Source of the DNA: Octopus sinensis
Taxonomy: Eukaryota
DNA length: 46,528 nt
Assembly: GCF_006345805.1 (NCBI RefSeq)
Contig: NW_021834614.1
Location: forward strand, 1 to 46,528
Direction of reading: 5' to 3'
Below, piece by piece: positions 35,951 to 46,528 of the stretch (positions within the stretch are counted from its first letter, which is position 1; each line of letters opens with the position of its first letter). The translations under genes and the position numbers were made by a program. The notes below the pieces were generated by a model. The model was not told where the DNA came from and searched no databases. It worked only from the letters and a program-made list of their open reading frames with translations.

Positions 35951-36312
35951 CTAGAAATCAAAGGAAATGGCTACTATTCCTTTTAAACTTTGCTTTTGTC
36001 ACCTAGACATCAAAGTTTTGAAGCAGACTTATTTTCCATTACATTTCAGACAGATTCAGTGATGAGTTGCTGAAGCAGAAATATCGTTATAGCAAATATT
36101 CTGCTCAATACCACAGATTTGCTTGTCAGCTGCTTGACTTTAAACCACTTGAGAATGATCCTTATCGCCTGAAAGTATGTGCATCTCTGGTCATGAGCAG
36201 CAGTAATGGGGGAGCATCATAGTCATGTGTTGAGAGGAATTCTTTGAGGTTTGAATGAATGTAACAAAAGCAGAGTTTGAAGGAAATATTAACCATTTTT
36301 GATACTTTCTAG
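35951..36312. mobile_element. MITE-like element with ~50-bp TIRs enclosing a fragment of the 41465-42125 repeat
   Basis: 35951-36002 is the reverse complement of 36261-36312; 36088-36257 is the reverse complement of ~41752-41920. Confidence 0.7.
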
Positions 36313-37084
36313 GGGTAAGCAAACAGTTACACCGTGTAATCATTGTGTCCTTCATTTTTAGAGATCGTTGGGTGTGATCGCAAGGAGAAAATTAGCTATC
36401 ATTATTAGCAGATCAAGAAAAAACTTACAGGCTCCTTTCCTATCTCGATTCATGAAATACCATGGCTGCTCTTGTTATTGCGGTTCTCGTCATAATTGTT
36501 GTTGTTATGGTTGTGGTTATTGTTTTTTTTTTGTTTGTTGTTGTCCTTAATGGTTTTGGGAACAAGACCAGTTCTAACCGAGCTGATCAATGATCAGGGA
36601 TATTCCATATATGACCATCCAAACTATAATTTCACAAATAGTTTATCTTGGCGTACCTTATCTATGTCTATTTTAGTTCATGGGATTGTCTTCGCTTTGC
36701 TGCACGCTGTACTCTATGAGCAAACGCGATATGTTCAGGTGGAGGGGACTTTGAATATGAGCCATTGTTCGAAACGAGCCATTGAAGATCCATCAGAAAA
36801 TGAAACAATAAAGATTCGACTTTTGAAAGTTCTAGAAGTTATTTTTAAACCAATGGGGGACTAAACCGATTATCAAAGCTGTGCCAGCCCAGGCAATCTC
36901 TTTTTTTTACAACGTATTGAGAACGCATTATGTAAAGTAATTTTCTTTTTAAGACAGTAGCATTTTAAACACAGTAAGATTTTTTTTTCTAGCTGATCGA
37001 ATTACCACAAAGAGGTTCCATGAATGAATAACTGCTAAACATATAAATGATGCTATGTTTGTGAATATATTATATCATTTACCT

Positions 37085-37295
37085 TTCTCTTGCTTCTGTC
37101 ATTAGACAGCGGCCATGCTGAAGCACCACCTTGAAGAATTTCAGTCCAACGAATTGACACTGCTTCTTCAGATTTTTCTTAAACTTGATACTAATTCTGT
37201 CTGTATCTTCCGCCGAACGGCTGAGTTACGCGGCCCTAAACACAAACTTTAGTTATCATAGGTAGTGGAAGATAAAAAAAGACATAGAGACACAC
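37085..37295 (-). mobile_element. SINE family A 3' part, decayed
   Basis: GTCATTAGACAGCGGCCATGCTGAAGCACC is the reverse complement of the tail. Confidence 0.65.
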
Positions 37296-37303
37296 GAACA
37301 ATC

Positions 37304-37367
<64 letters not shown>

Positions 37368-37371
<4 letters not shown>

Positions 37372-37575
37372 TATACAAAATAAGAAAATGGAGGAATAGA
37401 TTTCTTTCAATCATCAACTACTAGATAATACCAATTCATATAATCTATTAACTAATTATTTAGGAACATCCAGATCAAACCGAATAATACAGAATAAAAC
37501 AGTACAGATCAATAAGTAAGATAATACCATAAGAACAATACATATAAAATGGATCTTACAGCTGTTTCAGCCTGT
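37368..37575 (-). mobile_element. (TA)n-embedded probable PLE end truncated within a hammerhead
   Basis: Minus strand begins ...GCT-GAAAC-AGCT-GTA-AGATCC (3' half of a hammerhead with palindromic loop); (TA)n on both sides. Confidence 0.45.
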
Positions 37576-37651
37576 ATATATTATATATATATATAATATA
37601 TATATATTATATATATATATATATAAATATGTGTGTGTGTGAGTGTATATA

Positions 37652-37757
<106 letters not shown>

Positions 37758-37769
37758 ATCTATGCATGT

Positions 37770-37885
37770 ACAGGAAAGGAAAGAAAGCGGATTTAACGTT
37801 TCGAGTAAAGCTCTTCTTCAGAAATAGAGGAAAATCCAAAAGAAGGGAAGACGGAAAGAGAAAATCGCCAACGATCCATATGTGG
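37770..37885 (-). mobile_element. PLE pLTR-like fragment with a minimal hammerhead (canonical core)
   Basis: Reverse complement of 37791-37825: ATTT-CTGAAGA-A-GAG-CTTTA-CTC-GAAAC-GTT-AAAT; related to 14403-14605. Confidence 0.65.
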
Positions 37886-38129
37886 TTATATATATATATA
37901 TAATAAGGGGTAAAATGAATTAATCAATTAATAATTAATAATATTACCAAGTAGTTCGGTATGTTAAAATACTTTTCCACTACTACCATAAGATATCTCC
38001 CAGACACATCTTATGGAAGTAGAACAGTATTTAAACTGCTATTTCTAAATTCCGGTATGTGGTGAAGCAAATTTTACTGAACCCTAATTATAATTATACT
38101 CATAATTACAGAATTTTTGTATATATATA

Positions 38130-38627
38130 TTAGCAGTATCGCCCGGCGTTGCTCGGGTTTGTAAGGGAAATAACTATATAAGCATTTTTAGAGAGTTACT
38201 TCCCTTATAGATGCCAATTCGGGCTTTCTTAGCCATTTCTGTTTTGGTGTCTTCAAGCCATGAAGTCGTTGTTCTAAAAAAACGCTGGTCTCCTTGACAA
38301 CGCTTTACGACGTTGATTTTCTTACACTCCCTTCCCCACAGCTTCACGAGGGAGGGAAGAAGGGTGAGAACACAGGTGCAGGTGTGACCATGGACGCCAA
38401 CTCCGCCGCCATCGACACACAAAACATTATGCATTAAAATGGAATAAAAAATGATGTTAAATTATTTTTAAAATCGTTGACTCATCGTAGACGCACTCTA
38501 ATACTCAGACGGGCTCGATATGAATCACGACTGTAAGATACCCGAATTTGGTTAAACTGCACCGCAAAATGTGGGAGTAGTTAGGAATCTAAATCGAAGG
38601 GGACAGACACTCACACAACTACAGTTT

Positions 38628-38638
<11 letters not shown>
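38130..38638 (-). mobile_element. Non-autonomous Helitron-like element (copy 1)
   Basis: Minus strand ends CCCGAGCAACGCCGGG hairpin-CGATACTG-CTAA; 5' and 3' parts shared with copy 2. Confidence 0.8.
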
Positions 38639-38660
<22 letters not shown>

Positions 38661-38986
38661 TTAATCAATGAAATTTCAACAAGGTCTGCTTTTCCCGTTA
38701 TATTATTTGCAATTTCTACAATTTCACAAGATTGAAACAAACTGGTACTTTCTGTGCCATCATCAGATTTATGTAGTGACAGTCCAGTTGGTGGACTCTG
38801 CACACAGTTTCTAAATACTAAAGTCACTCATAAGACGCTGATCGACAAGGAGCTATAGTAGAAGACTCTCGCCCAAAATGTCGCCCAGCGGGATACTGAA
38901 TCCGATACCACAGACCAGCAAATCCATATCCTTAACCACACAAACATGTCTCCGATGTAAATACAATTGGAAAGAGCGCAACGATA

Positions 38987-39384
38987 TCTTTATATATAAA
39001 AGTAAGGTTGTGTGTCCGTCTCCTACGATTTAGATTCCTAACTACTCCCACATTTTGCGGTGCAGTTTAACCAAAACCGGGTATCTTATAGTCGTGATTC
39101 ATATCGAACCCTTCTGGGTACTAGCGCGCGTCTACGATGAGTCTACGATTTAAAAAAAAATTCGCCTTCATTTTTTTCCATTTTAATGCATTTTTTTCGC
39201 TATTATATAAGGGAAGTACTCTCTAAAAATGTCTACGATGAGTCAACGATTTAAAAAAAAATTTACCATCATTTTGTTTCCATTTTTAATGCATTTTTTT
39301 GCTATTTTTTGGCTATAACTCTCTAAAAATGCTTATATAGTTATTTCCCTTACAAACCCGAGCAACGCCGGGCGATACTGCTAG
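38987..39384 (+). mobile_element. Non-autonomous Helitron-like element (copy 2)
   Basis: A|TC 5' end, subterminal hairpin 39357-39372, CTAG|T 3' end, no TSD; internal ~75-bp duplication (39130-39203 and 39231-39306). Confidence 0.87.
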
Positions 39385-39684
39385 TATTTTCTAAAGCAAA
39401 TAGTTGGGTTTATTTCTTTATGCGCCACATGCAGACATATCGACAAACACACGTAAGTACATATTCTGAACATTTAGAGCGCGCATAAAGGATGTTTCTG
39501 GTGTTAATGTCTTTCTCACCATGATGCACGCTCTCATGCACCTATGCTAGATATTACGGGAGATATTTTCTTAATTTATTTCATAATTACACTTTAATTA
39601 CAAAGATGTTCATACACCATCGCCAGATTAATCAAGGAGCATGATGAAGAACTGGTCATTTACATCAATTTTTAAACAACAACA

Positions 39685-40278
39685 TTATTATTATTATCAT
39701 CATCATCATCATCATGATTATTATTACTATTATTATTATTATAACTATTATTATTAATATTATTATTATTATTATTATCATTATTATTATTATTATTATT
39801 ATTACATTATTATATTATTATTATTATTATTATATTATTATTATTATTACTTTTTTTTTTTCTTCTTTCAAATTTTCTTCCATTTCTTGCCGAGTGTCTT
39901 CCCGACTCCTAGGGCAAAGAAACTCATAGTGTATATTGGTAGGCCATTAAACCAAACTCAGAAGTTCGTTCATTTTTTAAATTTTTTATTTTTTTAAAGT
40001 TAGATTAAAATACATGAGCAGCAACAGTTCTCACATCGACAATGCTCTTCTCAATACGTGTGATGTACCAGTTAAGACAATCTTTTGCACTTCTTGCAGG
40101 GATGGTAAGCCAGGGATCATTCTCATATAATTTTCGGTTCCCTTCTTGATCATTCCTAGTGCTCCTACGATCACTGGTATTGTAACCGCCTTGAGATGCC
40201 ACATTTTCTCAATTTCAATGAGTAGGTCTTTATATTTTCTGAGCTTGTCAAACTCTTTCGCTGAGATTATTATTATTA

Positions 40279-40313
<35 letters not shown>

Positions 40314-40333
40314 TATTATTATTATTATTATTA

Positions 40334-40369
<36 letters not shown>

Positions 40370-40389
40370 CATTATTATTATTATTATTA

Positions 40390-40426
<37 letters not shown>

Positions 40427-40832
40427 ATTATTATTATTATCTTTGTCATCATCATCACCATCATCATCATTATTATTACTATTATTATTATTATAATTAT
40501 TATTATTAATATTATTATTATTATTATTATTATTATCATTATTATTATTATTATCACATTATTATTATTATTATCTTTATCATCATCATCATCATCATCA
40601 TCATCATTATTATTATTATTACTATTATTATTATTATAATTATTATTATTAATATTATTATTATTATTATTAATAATAATAATTATTATTATTATTGTTG
40701 TTGTTATTATTATTATTATCATTATCTTTATCCTCCTCCTCATCATCATCATCATCGTCATTATTATTATTATTATTATTATTATTTATTATTATTATTA
40801 TTATTATTAATATTGTTGTTATTATTATTATT
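39685..40832. repeat. (TAT)n/(CAT)n array interrupted by a Dong fragment
   Basis: Directly visible; includes a ~135-bp higher-order duplication near 40425-40670. Confidence 0.93.
39851..40265 (-). mobile_element. 5'-truncated Dong/R4 copy (sister subfamily of 28840-32718)
   Basis: KYKDLLIEIEKMWHLK...IPGLPSLQEVQKIVLTGTSHVLRRALSM*; shared UTR motif CCCTAGG..GGAA.ACACTCGGC.AGAAA.GGAAGAAAATTTGAA; (TAA)n on both sides of the sense strand. Confidence 0.92.
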
Positions 40833-41464
40833 CGTTATTTGATAGTTTCAGGCAAACTGCTGCTGTATGAACCTGCTACACCTCGGTATTGCTGAGATAT
40901 GTGCAGCATTGTGTGTTCCCTTTGTTGCTGTTGTTGTCGTTGTTGTTGCAGGGGTGCAAGTTCTTCACGGTAACGTAATGCATCGTTCAGCTTTTGTTAT
41001 GGAGTTTGGTTGCAGTTTTTTGTTGTTGTTGTTGTTGCTGCATTCTTGTTTGTATTGTGCGTTGTATGCTTAACGCGAGTTGTCTCCTCCTCTTGGGTAT
41101 CCGACCCGTGGAATACGTCATGGCCGTTGCCTATTTCATTGAATATTTACCCTGTATAGTGTGTCTTGTGTTTGTGAATTGTTTTATCGCGGTTTGACTA
41201 TTGAATTGGTTGTATCAAGCGTTGGATATAGATTGCTTCATGTTGATTTACTTTTCGGATAGAATGTAGTGTTGCAAGCCCAGGTACGGCTTCTACGCTT
41301 TTTTTTTATCATACTCACTGGTATCCTTTTCCTTTTCATGCCCCACAATCTTGAATACTTCAATTTCGTGGTTTTTACACATTGACAATTTCTCTTGGGG
41401 CAATATTTTGCTGGGAAAGGTCTATCAGTTAGCAAGTGTTTTTCTTTTTTTCTTTTCTTTCCTT

Positions 41465-42125
41465 GTGAGTGAGAGAGCAGTGCATGCCATCAAAGTGACA
41501 CTGGGGTAAAATATAAGAAGCCCAGTATAACCATCATGACTACCCGTCCGATAAGGGTACACTAGGCACATGCATCACAACCATACGTGATTGACATGGT
41601 GATCCCATATCAAGATAAACAGTACATGACCTTGCAGGTGGGGCCCAGTTAGAATTTTCTTCTGGTCGAGTAACCCATCCCGCTCTAAAGGTCCCTGAAT
41701 AAGAGCTGTTTAAGGATATTGAACGAAACATCCATGTTTCCAAAGGTGAATTATTCAAGCCCCAAAGAATCCCTCTCAACACACGGCTATGATGCTGCCC
41801 CACTACTTCTGCTCGTGATCAGAGATGCACATATCGTCAGCCAATAAGGAACATGCTCAACTGCTTATGGTCAAACAACTGACAAGCAAATCTATGGTAT
41901 TGAGCAGAATATTTGCTGTAGTCGATCTTTTATACCAAGACAAAACAATGTACATGATAGCACTTCCAATCAGTTAAGATCAGAAGCCATGAGAGCCACA
42001 GTTTGGTATTGCATCAGGGTGTTGTGGTATTGAGCAGAATATTTGCTGTAGTCCATATTTCATACCAAGACAAAACATTGTATATTCCAATCAGTTTTAG
42101 ATGAGAAACCAGGAGAGCCAGTGCC
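41465..42125. mobile_element. Unclassified interspersed repeat with a partial internal duplication
   Basis: 41895-42000 is repeated at 42025-42120; second partial copy on the minus strand at 36088-36257. Confidence 0.6.
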
Positions 42126-42143
42126 AAGTCGGCGAGTTGGCAT

Positions 42144-42144
42144 A

Positions 42145-42182
<38 letters not shown>

Positions 42183-42369
42183 AGTAGTAAGTAGTAGTAG
42201 TAGTAGTAGTTGTTGTTGTTGTTGTAAAGGAAAACAAGTAAAACACAACGTGCAACAACCAATACTACCAGTACAATAGTATTACACCTCCTCCTCCTCC
42301 TCCTCCTCCTCCTCCTCCTACTACTACTACTACTAATAATAATAATAATAATGATAATAATAATAATAA

Positions 42370-42420
<51 letters not shown>

Positions 42421-42440
42421 TAGTAATAATAATAATAATA
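42144..42440. repeat. (TAG)n/(CCT)n/(TAA)n microsatellites
   Basis: Directly visible. Confidence 0.93.
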
Positions 42441-42877
42441 TCAACAATAAGATCAATGATAACAGTAATAATCGTAATAATAAAAAACGGAAGAACAGCT
42501 TATAAAGCAGATATCAATCCAATTGTACCATTTAGGAATCGTTATTATTGTTGTTGGAAGTGGTTATTTCAACAACAACAGCAACAACAATAATGATAAT
42601 AATAATAATATCTAAATAACCACTTAATTTGGCATTAAGACATCTAGAAGATATTTGAATGTATTTCGTTTATTCATCTCTGTCCTTTTTATAGTTTTTG
42701 GGTGATTTTGTTTGTAGCGAATTAAAATTGAAAATTTGCTTATAATAGGCAGCGTTCGGTCGGTTCTTTGTGTTAGCGACTGCAATGAAAGGCCCCGTAA
42801 TTATGCATTCACCGTATACAAAGGGTTGTTTTAAATTGGTCTCTCGTTTTGAAGGCGTACAGCCGGCATGTGCATAA

Positions 42878-43159
42878 ATATATATATATGCGGAAACACA
42901 CACGAATACACTGATACATACACGCACACACACGTACATACTCACACAAACACATATATGCACACACACACATATATGTGTGTGTGTGCGTCTGTGTCTG
43001 TGTTCTCACGCATATATATGTTAATGTACGTTTGGGCATATATTAATGCCTAAATAATTATGTTTATATACACATATATACAAAGAAATTACATTTACAT
43101 GCGTGTGAATGTATGCATGTACATATATACTCATATTCATATATATGTATTTGTGTGAG

Positions 43160-43190
<31 letters not shown>

Positions 43191-43809
43191 TTTCATATAT
43201 ATTTTGTCATATATATATGATTGTACGCATATATAAATATGGCTACATATATTTACATGTATTATGTGTGTATATATATATATATATGCACACACATATA
43301 TATATATATATACACATATATATAGACATACATACATATACATATATATGTACACACTCACACACGCACACACAATATTATCCATATTTTTGTAACAAAC
43401 TATATAATTCCATGCATATATATATGTGCATATAATATATACATACATATATATATAAATGATATATATATATATATATATATATGAGAAAGAGTGAGAG
43501 GGACAGAGAGGGGAGAAGACAGAGATAGATTGGTAGATATATATATAGATATATAGACAGATGGAGAGACAGAGATGTATGCATGTATATATGGTGACAT
43601 AGATATACACAGCTGCACACATTTACACATTTATGCTCACTTGTCGACGCATATGAATGCATTAGCAGTATTTGTGTTCACAATTGTGTTTGCATATAAC
43701 CTGTAAATAAGCGTTTTACGTTTCTCTCCGTCTGTGCTCATTTGTGGCAGTTTCCGTTTTTATACGTGTTTGTATATGTGTATGTATGTATGTATGGTGT
43801 ATATATATA

Positions 43810-43845
<36 letters not shown>

Positions 43846-44042
43846 TATATGTATATATATATATATATACATGTATATGATATGCTGTCTGTGTAATATA
43901 TATATATATATATCTATAATATATATATATCTGTATATTTATATAACGTATGTATATATATATACATATATATGAGGTCTGAGTATATATATTATAATAT
44001 ATATATTTATTATATATATATAATGTCAAGTATGAGTGTCGA

Positions 44043-44086
<44 letters not shown>

Positions 44087-44124
44087 TATAATTATATATA
44101 TATATATAATATATATATATATAT
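42878..44124. repeat. Extended (TA)n/(CA)n low-complexity region
   Basis: Directly visible. Confidence 0.88.
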
Positions 44125-44332
44125 AGTTAATCTAAACAAGAAAGCACACAAAAAACACACAACAACGCGAGGACGTGGAACAATTATAGTATTATTGGAC
44201 GCTCAGGAAAGAAGGAAACAAGGAGGGCTTAACGTTTCGAGCGGAGCTGTTCGTCGGAAACATAGGAGAAAAAAAGATCCAGAGAAGGGAAGACAGAGGA
44301 AAAAATTGCCAACGGTACACCGGGTCACATTT

Positions 44333-44334
<2 letters not shown>
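44125..44334 (-). mobile_element. PLE pLTR-like fragment with a minimal hammerhead motif (second copy of 14403-14605)
   Basis: Reverse complement: GTTT-CCGACGA-A-CAGC-TCC-GCTC-GAAAC-GTT-AAGC; (TA)n on both sides. Confidence 0.7.
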
Positions 44335-44376
<42 letters not shown>

Positions 44377-45141
44377 TATATGGGTACAGAACGTCAAAGC
44401 AACGTGAACAAAATGAAAACAACGAAAGAAACAAATAAAGAAACGAGACAGGCAACATAAAGAACATTCCCTTCATCAGTTGTCTCCTGTTTTATCTACT
44501 CCGCGTTTCGAAGGTAGCGAGAAGACGTGACTTCGTTAAAACAGTCCTTTCCCCAAAACAAATTAAAGAAAATTTGGGATTTTTGCGGAGGGGTTAAAGT
44601 GGTAAGAAAAACAGGACAATATGTGTGTGTGTGTGTGTACGTGTGTGTGTGTACGTGTGTGTGTGTGTGTGCTTACACTCTCTCACCTACATACAGACAC
44701 GTAAATGCTGACAGAGGCACATCTAGAAGAGAGAGAGAGAGAAGGATGGGAAGGGCGAGAGGGACATGTATAGATTATGGTATACATAGAGAGAGAAAGA
44801 GAGACAAACAGACAGACAGACATACTGATTAATTGGTTGTTTGATCGATTGATCACCGTTTTAAGCTCCAGTACTCACGAGCGTCATTTTGTAGATGTCT
44901 ATTTTTTATGCTAATTAACAATTAGACCGACACATAAATGCATACCTACCAGATAGCAATTATATGGATAAATAGATTTAGAGATTTAGATAGGTATAAA
45001 GCTAGCTAGCTAGCCCTCTATCTTTGGTTCAAGTCACGTGCTATTTTTACGCCCGCTTCGCTTTCAGAGGAGTAGGGTGGAGGAGAGTTGTGTGTTTCTA
45101 ACAATTATAATAGATAAAATAATAATAACGATAATAACAAT

Positions 45142-45786
45142 GATCTATGGATCTTTGAATACTAGGTTGGCGCCCAGCGCAGGATAGCTCACTTAAACGT
45201 CTAAAGATAGACGGGCCCTTTTGAGTCTTTTCATACAAACCCATCTAGAGATGGTCTCGATAAAAAGACTGGCGGTTGTGAGACCTTATCAACACTTTCC
45301 TCTGTGTGAGAGTAATGAATAACAGAATTAACACAAAGAACAGCATACATGAGGACAGAACCACCAGTGACGGACTTTCACCTGGGATGTGCCCCGTGGG
45401 TGAGCAGCACAGGTCCAATCGTCATTAGACGGCTGCTAGAAGAAAATGGACAAAGAGGATGAATACAGCTGTCAGGGAATGTTTATTTTTTGAGTAGACT
45501 CACTGGTAATGAAAGTAGTTTTAGGGGTACTCGGAACACAAACAACCAAGTTCGAGAAATATGTCAGAGAAATCAGAATTGACATGAGAGCAGAGCAAGC
45601 TGAAAAAAACTGCTTTGTTTGGGACAGCTTGGATTTTGAGATTGGTACATTGGTTTTGAACGTTTTCCACGACGATTAACAGCCAAGTCTCAAAGCCTAT
45701 CATGTACGGAAGGAGACCCTGTGAGACCTCTGACAGCAGGCTGATGTCCGCTCTCGCAGAATCTACAAGAACAAACAAGAAGTAAA
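45142..45786 (+). mobile_element. Internally deleted (bipartite) Dong/R4-like element between (TAA)n
   Basis: 5' part encodes RRKWTKRMNTAVREC(Y)FLSR; from ~45541 it encodes TTKFEKYVREIRIDMR...K-TALFGTAWILRLV*, then a UTR and (TAA)n. Confidence 0.68.
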
Positions 45787-46528
45787 ATAATAATAATAAT
45801 AATGATATGTCTATGATAAATTCATGATAGGTATATACACGGTGGAAACATTCATGGGGGCTCATAGCCGTAATTCCTCAAAGCTTGACAATCATTCAAA
45901 GACTCAAGCACAAACACAAACACGCACACACACAAACACACGTGCATACGTTTGTATGTATGTATACAGACATAATAGCTCTAACCCTGGCTTCCAGTTA
46001 GAGATTAGCTATAATGAAAAATAGACGTTCCAACTTTTCTAGTTGCTTTCCTGTATTAGAGTACCCTGGGCTTCATTTTGTGAACAGTCAATTGCTAAGG
46101 TTTTCTCTACAGATATTCTATACAAATATAGTCAGTACTTATTTTCGTTACGACGTGTCGCAACAAAAACTACCTGATGAAGGAGCAATGACTCCTGAAA
46201 ACAGTATATACGCACATTATCCTTTTTTATCTTCGATATCATTGTTTGCTTATATTGTTTTGCTATTATGCATAATGTTGATTTTGTTGCTGTTGCTGTT
46301 GCTTTTTTCCTTACTATATTCCCTGCTGTTGTTGTTGCCATGGAGGTTATTGTTGTTACTGAAATTATTATCAATGTTGTTGCAATTACTGCTTCAGATG
46401 TAATTGTTGTTGTTGTTGTCTTTGTGATTGTGGACATGCTTGTTAACACTTGTTGCTCTTATCGCTGCTGCTGCTGCTATACTAGTTGCTATTCTGATGG
46501 TTACTGCTGTTGCTATTATGGCTGTTGT

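Noticed and set aside
40840-41440. Strand-biased stretch that might be a decayed LINE ORF1 on the minus strand
   Set aside because: Many stop codons and no identifiable motif
44465-44545. Minus-strand CGAAAC followed by CTGATGA (permuted hammerhead?)
   Set aside because: The intervening sequence cannot form stem I; probably a repeat end, but no fold can be supported
46170-46212. CTGATGA-AGGAG-CAATGA-CTCCT-GAAA
   Set aside because: Core and stem II are present but stems I and III cannot be drawn convincingly; at best a decayed remnant

Overview
Repeat-saturated, AT-rich eukaryotic DNA with no recognisable host protein-coding exon. The microsatellite load and SINE families suggest a cephalopod (Octopus-like) intron or intergenic region; this is inferred from repeat recognition. 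Most ORFs in the track are microsatellite translations. The real coding relics are all transposon-derived: a Penelope-like (PLE) RT fragment (~1640-2480), two Tc1/mariner relics (one DD37D), a CR1-type LINE 3' end, and a near full-length but disrupted Dong/R4 RT-REL retrotransposon (~28840-32718) with three more Dong-like pieces, all in (TAA)n. The most striking structure is a ~2.0-kb near-perfect palindrome (17215-19259, 6-nt spacer) built from two 3' ends of a GIY-YIG PLE. Each arm carries a type I hammerhead ribozyme motif, and a collapsed derivative lies at 416-635. Several further hammerhead-like motifs from other families sit next to (TA)n tracts. The same 'two 3' ends outward' fold-back layout recurs in a mariner, a Nin-domain SINE and a Helitron pair. 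All assignments were made by eye; no searches or folding programs were run.
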